64,000 nt of DNA, from assembly GCF_964355755.1 (NCBI RefSeq), contig NC_092672.1:31936437-32000436 (forward strand), given 5' to 3'. This stretch comes from Antedon mediterranea. Its lineage: Eukaryota; Animalia; Echinodermata. Position 1 is the stretch's first letter. Each line of letters begins with the position of its first letter. Position numbers and translations under genes: made by a program. The notes below the pieces were generated by a model, which did no database searches, was not told where the DNA came from, and was given only the letters and a program-made list of their open reading frames with translations. Of the stretch, positions 49,917 to 62,401 are shown piece after piece.

Positions 49917-50142
49917 TTGGGGGAAAAATCTGGTTTCAAATCTTGTATTAATGTTTTTTCACCATACAAAAAACCACTCCGTTTGTTTTTTTCTTTAATA
50001 TAAAGTTTGTTATATAAAGTTTATTTAAGTTATATAGAGAATAATATTCTGCTTATCTGTATTCTGATCACAATAAAAACATCTGGTAGCCATTGATACT
50101 TCAATATTTTAAATGTACGAGAAATGACCGAATTGAACTTAC

Positions 50143-50326
50143 CTACAACAGCGTATCCGCCAGGAACGATATTATTTATTACCAAAGGTCCACTGTTAAT
50201 TCCGTTTGGAAACCATGCGGACATACTCTCACCCACAAGACGTCCAAAAGCAGCACCAATAATGAATACAGGCATGAAGACACCAGCTGGTACAGGCAAT
50301 GTGATGGCAAGCGCCACCATCCAAAA
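50143..50326 (-). CDS. CLCN2: ClC-2-like chloride channel exon ([22 protein letters not shown])
   Basis: GxFxP motif, AG/GTAAGT borders, ends in phase 1. Confidence 0.92.
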
Positions 50327-50833
50327 CTAAGATGTAAACAGAACTGATTTATACCCTTTCACACTGAATAAATTGTTAAGCTCTATCTACACTATCAAAC
50401 TTTATGTGACAAAAAAATGTGATGTGCTCATATATGGAGATGATGATGTCATATCACTACCATATTTAAGCATATCGCACTTTTTTTGTCAAACTAGTTG
50501 TATATATAGTGTAGACAGAGCTTTACAAGTTTACATACACAAATCTTTTGAAATCTTGAGAGAAACTATAGTTAGGATCTATTTAATTATTATACATGTA
50601 CTGTGATTGGTCAGTTAAACATGAAGGCAATTGCACATGTGCGGTAACAACTCGGAAATAAAAAGGCTCCCACCGGTGTGTTTCCCCACAAAAGTGCCTT
50701 GTTATGCGAACCTGGTTTACAAGTTGTTACTTTTTGCAGATTGGAAAATTGTCTTTTATATTTAGTTTAGTGGGACAACAACTTTGAAGTACATTTATAA
50801 TTTCAAATCATAAATAATAATTTATGAACGTAC

Positions 50834-50983
50834 CTGCATAACTATAAAGCTAACAAGGGTTACAAACACATTTGGGTTTTCCCAGTACGTGGCCGGATCT
50901 TGTCTGGTCGCTACATCTATCTTCTCTTTTAAAACCCATGTGGTATTGCTGAATAATTCATCTATTTGATCTTTCTGTGTCAG
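50834..50983 (-). CDS. CLCN2: ClC-2-like exon (LTQKDQIDELFSNTTW..)
   Basis: 150 bp, AG/GT borders, phase-consistent. Confidence 0.88.
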
Positions 50984-51333
50984 CTACAAAGAAGAATGAA
51001 AAAACATTGATTAATTCAATACTGTACAGCTGCCATGGGAACATCTCGGGACACAAGAAATGGTCCCATAATAGGGGTGTCTCCTGAATAGGAGTGTCCA
51101 AAAGAGAGGTTCTATTGTAATATCAGATAGATAAGATATAACTATATTAACAATTGGGTACACATGAAATGGTGAGGCACACATGGGTGAGACTATACCA
51201 CTGTCTTGGAGGGGCGTTCACAGTGTTAATTCTATTTTAAATTGTTTTCTTGAAAGGGAAAAGTCCTTTGTCAGTTTATCAATGTAAATTAGGCATGTTA
51301 TACTGCACACATACTAATATACATTGTACTCAC

Positions 51334-51418
51334 CTCTGCTGCCATAAACTGTCCAAGTCCAAGTGGAAATGTGACAGATGTGATGACAAGTGCAACCAAT
51401 GTTGGATAAATAAAACGA
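51334..51418 (-). CDS. CLCN2: ClC-2-like exon (RFIYP..TFPLGLGQFMAAE)
   Basis: 85 bp, AG/GTGAGT borders. Confidence 0.9.
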
Positions 51419-51546
51419 CTGAAAACAAAAAGAAAAAGTGAACAATCATTATCTAAGTGGTAAAATCATAATACAAAGCTGAATGGGTATTGAATACATC
51501 GATCTACTGTATATTGATCTTGATAATGTGATATGATAATTATGAG

Positions 51547-52106
51547 CAGGGGTCGTCAAACACACGGCCAGCCTGTGGTTCTTTTATGGCCAGCCTGTGG
51601 TCCGAGGGCGCTAGACATTTGGCCTGCCTGTGGTCCCGAGGGCGCTAGACATTTCGGTCAGCCAGAGAGACATAGACAGAGAGAGGTAATCAGATTGAAA
51701 AGTGATTCCAACAGGAGGGAGAACCAACAAGATGGCGGCCGTAAATGTGTCCAAAAACATTATTTAATATAAAAAATAATAATCTAATTTAATACATTAA
51801 GACCCATGAATTACAACACATATTCTTGTCAAAGCACAGTGAAGTTTTTATAAAATGAAAACAGCTGTAGAGGGCTCACTTTAGTAAAGCATGGAAAAGT
51901 TATGTCAAGCGCCCTTGGGACCACAGGCTGGTCAGAATGTCTAGCGCCCTCGGACCACAGGCTGGCCAAAAAAGAATCACAGAGACGGGCTGTGTGTTTT
52001 CATGCTAGCGCCCTCAGGACCACAGGCTGGCCAAATGTCTAGCGCCCTCGGACCACAGGCTGGCCAAAAAAGAATCACAGGCTGGCCGTGTGTTTGACGA
52101 CCCCTT
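51547..52106. mobile_element. hAT-like MITE in intron
   Basis: TIR AGGGGTCGTCAAACACACGGCCAGCCTGTG/CACAGGCTGGCCGTGTGTTTGACGACCCCT with subterminal repeats. No TSD recognised. Confidence 0.7.
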
Positions 52107-52477
52107 TAGATAATTATTAGATGACAGGAATGATGATCTATTTAATAACAATGAAAAAACTATTATCATACAGTAGCATCAATATTAGGAGACACTTTTT
52201 GTACACAACAGAGTGTGGCTTAATAGTGTTAAAACATATCAATTCAATTCAATTTAACATTTATTTCTTCCTTCAAGAAAATGAGGTAAAACATAATAAA
52301 TTCCAGTAAAATATATATAGTTCGTTTGATAGTGAAGTACCCCAAAACTAGGTTTACTGTATATTATTATTGAAAAAAATATTGATATATTAAATAACAA
52401 TGGAATAAAATAATGAAATGACAATAAATCTATTTTTCATATTTAAAATAATTCATAAATCCATAAAAATTACTCAC

Positions 52478-52579
52478 TTTTTTAACAGGATTTTTGTAAA
52501 CTTTTTATGTTTGCGGTTAAAATCAACAATTTTTCGATGAATATAAACAAACAAAGCGCCTCCAAATCCACAAACCACA
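52478..52579 (-). CDS. CLCN2: ClC-2-like exon (VVCGFGGALFVYIHRKIV..)
   Basis: 102 bp, AG/GTGAGT borders. Confidence 0.9.
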
Positions 52580-52930
52580 CTGTGAGAGAAAAAAAAATTG
52601 CATGATGACAAAATCAGTTTCAGGAAAGTATGTCACTACAGGTCAATTGACACAGACGATTTGGTAACGAAAAAAATAGAATCCATGTTTTTCCTTATGA
52701 CCATTTACACAATATGTGGAGTGGATGATCGGTTTCCGCACAGGATAGAGACAGATTCTACGTGGGACAAGCTACCGTTACCGGTCGTCTGTGTAAATTG
52801 GCCTTAAAGGCAAAGTACGGGAAAACATTTTTATCGATCATACATTCCAATAATTATCGATCTATAGTGAAAAATGACTGTACTTGAGCTTTAAGTTGTG
52901 CCGACATCATATTACATATATTAAACTTAC

Positions 52931-53015
52931 CCAATGAAAGAAAAAGCAATTAACTCTTGTGGATCAAAAGGAAAATCAACTCGAAAATTTGTTTTAAACA
53001 ATGCAGTGATTGTCT
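52931..53015 (-). CDS. CLCN2: ClC-2-like exon ([22 protein letters not shown]..)
   Basis: 85 bp, AG/GTAAGT borders. Confidence 0.92.
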
Positions 53016-53784
53016 CTGAAAGAAGAAAAGAACAAAATTAATTTAAAAAAATGTATATTAACATAATATATTTCATTGTAATTCAATAAAATAATTTAAT
53101 CATTATACTTACAAATGTTGAAATATATTTTTTAACAAGTTAAATAATATAAAAGTGAGTGTTTTTTTGTTACAACAGAGCTTAAAAAGACAGCAGCGTT
53201 GGCATTTGGTGATAGGTATACATACGTTTTAAACAAAAAGACTAAAAAACTGTAAAATTATCAAAATACAAAGATACTATATAATGGTATTAATAAAAAA
53301 AAAGCAAAATTCTAATATTAAACTTCTACTTTTAAATTTTGATTTTAAAAAAATAATTTAATTTTGGTTATTTGTAAATAATGATTGCTTTTTTTACACT
53401 AAAATACAACTTTCATTATGAACAACTTAATAAGTGAAGTGAATCGTAGAGTTGAACGTTTTCTTAAGCACTTCATGTCATCTTCTTCAAGTTTTTTTTA
53501 TCAGCAGATGAATAAATCTCAACACATTCAACTCTCCACGGCGACTTTAAATCTAAATTAACATAACATAAGCTCCCCATGCATATCATTGTCAATTACA
53601 ATATGTACAGTAGGCCTAACTGTTCTGATATTTGTAGCAGCCAGACATAAGAGGGCTGTTACGATTTCCTATCTTGGCAGGGCAAGCTCAGGCGCATGTT
53701 GTTAGATTACCTTAACCTTCTCCCCTTTGACCCCCTTCCGCACTCTCCCCCACTCTACAACACTATCAAACTTCACAAAAAAAA

Positions 53785-53890
53785 GTGATATGCCAAATAT
53801 GGTAGTGATATGCCAAATATGGTAGTGATATGCCAAATATGGTAGTGATGCCAAATATGGTAGTGATATGCCAAATATGGTAGTGATATG
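53785..53890. repeat. 20-bp minisatellite (GTGATATGCCAAATATGGTA, about 5 copies) within a MITE relic
   Basis: Direct inspection. The same MITE family (ACACTATCAAACT ends) occurs at ~50385-50520 and ~59245-59380. Confidence 0.8.
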
Positions 53891-53935
53891 ACATCATCAT
53901 GTCTATATATGGGCACATCACATGAAGTTTAATAC

Positions 53936-54140
53936 CTTCTTCCTGATTCCACACTGCAAGAAGTCTGAATACAAAAGCACCGCACACAGCACCAAAGAAC
54001 CCACGCCAGTAATTCCTAACAGCAAAATATGTTGAAGTTACTTCTATACTAAAAAGAACGCCACCTATCGGTGCGGCAAAGTTGCACGATACGCCAACAG
54101 CACAGGCTGCAGCAAGCATCTCGATGTTCCGAGATTCATT
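53936..54140 (-). CDS. CLCN2: ClC-2-like exon ([34 protein letters not shown])
   Basis: 205 bp, conserved ClC motifs. Confidence 0.93.
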
Positions 54141-55607
54141 CTGAAAATATTAAAATATTCATCATAATAAAAGTGAAGTTATATAGTGGATAGAATCTGG
54201 AAGTAAACTTTATTTTAATTCAAATTTGTTTAAATTTATTATAGGAAACTTTCATACCTGTAATTTTGTGTGAACCTCGGGAATGTGTAATGTCTATACA
54301 GGTAGTTATAATTTTATGTTATCTCACAGTTTCACAGTCACTTTTATAATAGAACCCCTCCATTGGGACACCCATATTTAGGGGATTTTTTCCCATGAAA
54401 CAAACAATGGAAATTATTATGTTTAAACACTACAGTGAATTCTTTCAGGTACATACCTATAAAGAAGATATTTTTTTGGGTCTCAAAGATGTCTCCTTAA
54501 TAGACGTTATACTGTATTACTGATTAAACCTTAAATTTAACTTTGTTTTTTTCATTATTCATAATTATTTTCTTTATATAAAAATATATAAAAAATAATA
54601 AAGAATTACAACAAATACATTTTGAATATATAGATATATAAAATATTAAATAAGCAACTTCTTAAAATCAAATTAATTTCATCTGTTATGCTGTATTTTA
54701 AAATAAACAAACTTTTATCAAATTGTAATGTTAGAAAACTGAACACAAACAAATCGAACATGCTATAGTGTTTTTGGAAAAAAGCTATTTCAAACCTATA
54801 GCTAATAACAGCACACCAACACAGTTTATTTATAAACTACTAAAGTTGAATTCCAAAAAAGATGATATCACTCTGATAATCTATTTCTATAGACAAATGT
54901 TTTGTATAATATACCAATAAGTAGGTACTTAAAAGCTTACACTATTCATTTAAAGAAAATATCTAAAATTGATACCAAAACTAATCAATGTAGGAAAAAA
55001 CACAATTAAACTTAGAAGAGTAATATAATATTACTATTAATATCAACACTAGGAATAATTTATAGGGTTTTTATTTCTGAACAGCAAAAGAATAATTGAT
55101 TTTATATATTGTAACATGCATTTCTGTATCTGCATGCAATTTAATACACAACACTGGATTTGAACCTATGCATTTAATGGTTTAGTAGGTAGAGCACAAC
55201 GCAGCTACACTACAAAGGGACGTGTATCACAATGTCACCCTTACACTTACTACGTTCCTACTTCGACTTGGTCGCTGCCGAGTCTCTTGCTAGAGACAAA
55301 AACCGCAAAAAGATGAGAGGAAAAAGTTGCAAAGCGATTCCAAGAAAACACATTCCATGGTAAAAAATTAATCAATGAACACTTGTTTTAAAAAACATGT
55401 TTCAGAAAAAAATTTCATGATTAATAAATATATTTTATATTGATCCCATACAATTTAAACAAATTTGGGCAAAAAAATATTTTGTTATAATCATCAAGAA
55501 AACAGTATAATTAACTCATTTAAATGTTGGATAAAGTAGAAAAGATATAAAAATATAGACAGAATTGGAAAAAATTATTTAGAAAAAGAAACATTTTTTA
55601 AACTTAC

Positions 55608-55685
55608 CTCATATATACCTTTAAATGTTACAATAAATTTACTTAGAAGAGTTGATACGATGCTAGCAATGTGAACAAAAGGGCC
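55608..55685 (-). CDS. CLCN2: ClC-2-like exon (GPFVHIAS..)
   Basis: 78 bp, completes the GKEGP motif. Confidence 0.93.
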
Positions 55686-57440
55686 CTGAAAAAAAAAACA
55701 AACAGATTCGGATTGGTGGTGAGGTACTGTAATTACAAAAGGGTGAAGATTGAGCACATTTTTAACATCCTGTTCACATGACAAACGCAAGCTGCTCTTC
55801 ATAATGCTTGGTTCACACTAGAGATGCAACGCTTAGACGTAAGTGATAATTTGGTTCCTCTGCATCATCTTCTTTTTGGTTATCTTAGGATATTTTATGA
55901 ACCGTTTTTGTGTTTAAAGTGCTAAAGAAACATTGTATTTATAATTAGGTGCTATAGACAACCATTAATATCATCATTTGACCAATCACAAGCGATGGTT
56001 TATTCAAACTGTCGCTTGTCATTGGTTAACTCCTTTTGCATTGTGTTTCTAGTGGGAAGCAACATTTTTTTGGAAGTAAATTTGTTTTCTTTTGTGGCTT
56101 GAACCACAACTTTTATTACATTTTATCATTTTTATAGAATTATAAATTGATTTTGATTTGAATAAATTGATCAAATTTCATTTATGAACAACAATATTTA
56201 AAGCATCCTTCAATTTTCACTTTTTTTTCTTTTTCACTATTTTTTTTATTTTTCTCTTTTTCTCTATACATAATTAATTCAAATCTTTGGGAGTGAAAAT
56301 GGTTTTTTTTCATACCAAAATAATGATGGTGTCTTTTAGGAATTGAACCAAGAACCAGGATCATTAGGCAAACAATTCAAATAAAGCTACAACTCCTCTT
56401 GGTATTAATGAGTATCAGAATAGTCAATTAAATTCTATGAATTCTCAAGAGATTTTATCTGATCAGTGTAATTAATTGATTCCTAAATTAGGTATCTCAT
56501 TAGTAGTATTGACATTTAAATTTTCAAGATTTCTAGAGATCTGATTAAATAGAATAAATTAATTTTAAGTGCTTCTTAAAGTGAGAATACCCAAGGCAAG
56601 ACATTTCTAGAGATAATTTAATACCTAATTACATAATAAAAAATAATTTATAGTGATTCCTAAGGAGAGTATCTCATTAGAAAAGACATTTAACTTTAGA
56701 TTTCTAGAGAGTATAGGGAGCATGTATTGATGTCACTACAAGGTCACATGATACCTGTTCTGTAATCTGACAATTAACAATGTAATGCTTATTTAGATAA
56801 GTTTACGGAAATAAAGACATGGATATAAACATCAGAGTACCATAGTATATCATTTTCATTACTAAATCATTTTCAGTATTAATTACAAAACGATGAATGC
56901 TTATTGTCAATTACTGATTATTATTATTCTAAGCATCAAAACGGCAGACTGTAATTTATTTTTAAAATCCAATAATGTAAAAAAACAAATCAATTATTAC
57001 ATTACCATCCAATCATAAATGCTGATGCACATTGTAATACTTAGTAGCAATGAAAAAAAATTAATCAATTTTGTCAAGCAAATCATCCATCCTTTTATCA
57101 TGACTGTATACAACTACTGTAGCTAGCTAAGTACAATTACCCTTTGAACAATTATCTTCCCAGGACAAATACCCTCTACAATAAATACCACTCTAACTAC
57201 CACCTGGAAAAATACCTAAAGAACAACTACCTCCCCTAGGACAAATACTTACCCAGGTAACTGCTGCACCACATGGACAACTACTGTACCCCCAGATTGT
57301 TACCTCTAGGACAAATACCTCCCTAGGACAATTATCTTTTTGGAGAACTACTTCCTTTCGCCCACATTTTCATTTATGCCTTCATCATACCATACAGATA
57401 GTATAATATCTCTATGATCATACTCCAAAATAAAATGTAC

Positions 57441-57574
57441 CTCTTTCCCGAGTGGAAGACCGCTGCCAACTGACGTAGCAAGGCCAACTACTTTCGCAAT
57501 TAACGTTTTGAAAGTCAAATATTCTTTTAAAACTACACCTCGTAGAATTGTTTTCATTTCTGGAATACCAGACC
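57441..57574 (-). CDS. CLCN2: ClC-2-like exon (GSGIPEMKTILRG..GKE)
   Basis: 134 bp, GSGIPE motif and gating glutamate. Confidence 0.94.
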
Positions 57575-58010
57575 CTGAAGAAAAAAATAAAATACAATAT
57601 TTAAATTGATGGTTTTCAGAAACTGTGGAATACTGTACATGAACTATGAACCAACAGAGCAGGCCAACTACACCAGAGGGAGATGGTCCGCACTCTTGTC
57701 AAGTATTTCAAGTTTAAGTTCAAGTTTCATAACAATTATTTAAAGATGATTAAGTACAATGCAATAAAATAATCATATAAGGTCAGAGTTTAAAGGTCAG
57801 AGTTATAGGTCAGAGTTTAAAGGTCAGAGTTTGAAGGCAGATGCCCGGAAAGATGAAGGGAAAAACATCTTGTGTTGGGCGAGCCTTTAAATAAAGAATT
57901 AATAAACAAATAAAATAGAAAAAAAAACTGTAACATTTCACTATGGAGGTTATTTGAACTACCTCCATGAATTGTGCATGTACAGTATTGACAGGCATCA
58001 TAGAGCAAAT

Positions 58011-58210
58011 GGAGTGAGTGGCCGAGCGGTTAAGACAGTGGAACGTGCTTTATGGCAAGAATTCGAGGCTCACTCACTCCATGGTTCTAGTGGTAAAACG
58101 AATCTTCTTGGATAAGGACTATAAACCATAGGCTCAGTGTACACAAAGTGCTTGTGTGCACTTTAAAAGAAACTAGGACATCTAGAGACTTCAGACGAGT
58201 AGGGTTACCA
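58011..58210 (+). mobile_element. tRNA-derived SINE, truncated copy
   Basis: Homologous to 15138-15350. Confidence 0.75.
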
Positions 58211-58428
58211 GTCACTGTCGTGAACAGAATGTTGTTGAAAAGGTGTAACATCTCGTCCATAGCGCCATGAGCGATATTGCGCAAATTTCATTATCATGAT
58301 GGCAGAATTCATATCTTCTTTACAGTGCACAACTACTTTAATAAACCAAATTATAATAAAAATCATGTAGATATATTATTACATTATTACAGTACCCTAT
58401 TGTCCTAAAACAAAATTGAGAAACTTAC

Positions 58429-58557
58429 CCACAGCCTGGGGCGCCACTAAATGTCCGAACCCTGCTGAAAATACGACGAATATGATTGGATAAAAGCACC
58501 AGGCAAGGTACTGTAAGAATGGATGACCAGACAGCTCACGATATACCCAGATATGAG
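58429..58557 (-). CDS. CLCN2: ClC-2-like exon (HIWVYREL..LQYLAW..APQAV)
   Basis: 129 bp, AG/GTAAGT borders. Confidence 0.9.
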
Positions 58558-59439
58558 CTGAAAAAAAACATTAAAAATGTGAAAACCAGAATTTATCCCA
58601 GATGGTCAGTTTTACTTAATAAGAGAGTTTTGTGTATTTTTCAACTACTACAGTATAATAATTATTAATATTATATATTATTTATTTAAATCTATAATAA
58701 AATGGAAATATTTGTCAAATTTTAAACATGCTTTTAGAAGAACGTAAAACATACTGTACATAAATGATAGTTGATATTGATACCCAGTTTGATTTTTTCT
58801 CACCCAGGGCCTTGAATATTTAATTTCCTGAATAATAATTTTAGTGCATTTATTGTTCAATGTGTGAAACTTGAAACAAATTCTTTTTTTCTTTTTTTCC
58901 CTCTCTTTCATCTCAGTGACTCAACAGGATGGATGATTTAGACATCAACATGAGACATACAAACATAACAACACTTCGGTAGAATTTCAGCATTAAATGT
59001 TTTATATTGGAAAATGGGATTGTATAAAAAGTCTCATTCGTTCAGTACTAATAAAATAACAACATAATTTAGCATAAGTCTACATCAATGGCTAAGTGTA
59101 TATAATATAGTACAGGATGATTTTTAAAATTTTAGCTATGAATATAGGAGATAAATTTTAAAAACACATGATCAGATAAAATGACATTTACAAGAATTTT
59201 AGCAGGCTAGTAATATAATACTACTAAATATAACTGATCACTAAGCTTTGTCTACACTATCAAACTTATAATTTGAAAAAAAGTGTGATGTGCTCAAATA
59301 TGGTAGTGATATGACATCATCAAGTCCAGATATGAGTACATCACATTTTTTTGTCACATAAAGTTTGATAGACAGATAGACAGAATACTTTTGAGAAACC
59401 CTTCTTTTAGATATCAACTATTCAAAAGGCATCCCTATT

Positions 59440-60495
59440 ATTAAGGGGACACTTTGTTGGGTCTGGAAGATGTCCCCTTATACTGTAGATACAATATTCC
59501 ACTGATAGCAGATTTGATTAAGCACAATATTATTAAATAACACTTTCATTTTGAAATTTAAGATGCCAGGGAACAACGCAAGTATTCAAATCATACCGAA
59601 TCTGGGCGAGATGTGAAGGCAGCTTTAAGGGAACTCTTTGTTGGGTCTTAAAGATGTCCCCTTTATAGGTATTCTACTGATATCATTATCAGATTATATT
59701 TAAGCACAATTATTATTATTATTAATAAAACTTTCATTTTGAAATTTAAGATGTCAGGGAACAACGCAAGTATTCAAATCATACCGAATCTGGGCGCGAT
59801 GTAACAGCAGCTTTAAGGGGACTCTTTGTTGGGTCTTAAAGATGTCCCCTTTATAGGTATTCTACTGATATCATTATCAGATTATATTTAAGCACAATTA
59901 TTATTATTATTAATAAAACTTTCATTTTGAAATTTAAGATGTCAGGGAACAACGCAAGTATTCAAATCATACCGAATCTGGGCGCGATGTAACAGCAGCT
60001 TTAAGGGGACTCTTTGTTGGGTCTTAAAGATGTCCCCTTTATAGGTATTCTACTGATATCATTATCAGATTATATTTAAGCACAATTATTATTATTATTA
60101 ATAAAACTTTCATTTTGAAATTTAAGATGTCAGGGAACAACGCAAGTATTCAAATCATACCGAATCTGGGCGCGATGTAACAGCAGCTTTAAGGGGACTC
60201 TTTGTTGGGTCTTAAAGATGTCCCCTTTATAGGAATTCTACTGATATCAATCAGATTATATTTAAGCACAATTATTATTATTAATAAAACTTTAATTTTG
60301 AAATTTAAGATGTCAGGGAACAATGCAAGTATTCAAATCTGGGTGCGATGTGAAAGCAGCTCTTAGGGGACTCTTTGTTGGGTCTTGAAGATGTCCCCTG
60401 TATTCTACTGATCAGGTATTATTAAGCACAATATTATTTATATTAATAAAACTTTCATTTTGAAATTTAAGATGTCAGGGAACAATGCAAGTATA
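59440..60495. repeat. ~188-bp tandem repeat, about 5.5 copies, intronic
   Basis: GTCAGGGAAC recurs at 59753, 59941 and 60129. Central copies are near-identical and edge copies are diverged. Confidence 0.92.
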
Positions 60496-62269
60496 CCAGC
60501 TAAAAAAATTGTATACATTGATTGTGATCATTGAGACCATGTTTAATCATTGACCCACAATGTATTCTAGGGTTTTTGCCGATAAAGAAAGTAAAAAATG
60601 CATTTTCATTGTAATTAATATTGATCCATTCGCGACCATTTAACAAACACATTGCAACCATAAAAAGCATAATCATTTTACTACTCTATCTGTGTTTAAA
60701 ATTCTAGGCCTACGCTGTAGCCACCAGTACAGTTGGTAAGGTTTCAACCTGACCACTTTTTCACCGAGGCCTTTGACAACCCAGTGGCTTGAACAGAGAT
60801 TGTTCATTTTTCTTTCTTGTGGCTACATCACTGTATTTAGCATATTCTACAAAACATCTGAACACTTAATTTTGACCATTTATTCACTGTACAATAATCA
60901 GAGGGTAGTATAAAGCCTGCTAAAATTAAGATGGTAAAATAATCAATTGGTATTAAATTGTAATTCATGAATAGAAGGAAACTATGCATTGGTAATCAAT
61001 TATTATACAAACTTCCATGCTGTGTTAAACCGAGGGAGGCTTAACACAAGGTTTATACACTTTTTCAGTGAGCTAATTTCCATGACTTTTCGAGCCAAAA
61101 TTCCATGACAGTTTTTACAATAACTGATGTAGACCTACATACAGTAAGGTTGAAAAATATAATACTTGTGTTTAAATTTATCCTACTGTAAATTTGGTGG
61201 AAATTTTCTAGCTGTAATAAAATGTTACTGTATAAAAATAAATATATTTAGTTTTACTGTACAAAATACATAGACAAAATTTGGCACAATTGGCTTATAC
61301 AGTACAATGTTAGGGTTGCATTAACAATGGAATTGACAATGTAATTATCCTACATTAGGTGGTGAGATTATAATCAAACATGGAATTACAGTATACTCAG
61401 ATATATTCGGTGTATTAATGGTGTCCATTAAAAAAGCAAATTTTCTTCATTTATGTATTATTGATGAATTCTACTTATTATCATTAGTGTGAAAATGCTT
61501 TGAAATTCATACAAAATATAAATAAACTATGTCTCTATAGATTAAAGGCTTACATTATCCGCATCAAAGTCAAAGTGTGTGATATTTTGACTAACTGGTC
61601 TTTTGAGAATACTAGATCACGGCAGCTAATAGATGTTTATGTTCCTAATTCTCACTGTACAGTTTGTGTAAACATGGTGTTTAATCAACACAGCATAGCG
61701 TGGATTTACACTACTGTTGGTCTTAATAATATATAGGAATTTGTCAATATGAATGAGAATGTGTGTAAGAAAGGCTGGTGTCTGAATTTCTTTTCGGAAT
61801 CAAAGTTTATAATTGAAATATTATTACGGTATTATGATCATACTATTTCCAAATTATGATTGATAAGTGAAATAACTCTACTGTAGGTGAGAAGAACTGT
61901 ACATTAAAAAAAATGCACTTAAATTAAAAGTGAAAAAACCAAAATATCATATTTATTAATACATCATATCATTCATATTGACAGTACATCAACCCAAGTA
62001 TCATATCGATCAGTTGATACATATCGATGCCTATCAATACATCAATACATATCGATATCAATCATAATGATCAATACATATCAATTATTATGAAACAATT
62101 TTTAGAATTTTGAATAATATAATCAACTAACATTAACAATATAAAAAAAAAGACGGAGACTTCATGCCACAAATAATTCTCTTATACCAAATGATCCGGT
62201 TTCACAAGAAACATTAAAATGTCATTCACTGTTTATGATCGTAACAAGACTATTATTTCCTTTCCTTAC

Positions 62270-62401
62270 CTGTTTGAAACTTTGCTATTGTGTAGTCAAG
62301 TCCAAAGGACAAAAGAGCCATTAGGATTCCAAGAAGGAAGAGAAAGATCCAGTCTTCTCCAATTTTACCAAACGTCCAATCACGAATCCAAATTAAGTTT
62401 G
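62270..62401 (-). CDS. CLCN2: ClC-2-like exon (..IGEDWIFLFLLGILMALLSFGLDYTI..)
   Basis: 132 bp, AG/GTAAGG borders, GEDWIFL motif of ClC-1/2. Earlier exons are not seen in the window. Confidence 0.9.

Noticed and set aside
57135-57335. Degenerate ~20-bp GGACAA(A/T)TACC repeats
   Set aside because: Too decayed to classify; probably subterminal repeats of an old transposon.
59440-60495. CRISPR-like array
   Set aside because: Whole units repeat with no unique spacers, there are no cas genes, and the context is a eukaryotic intron.
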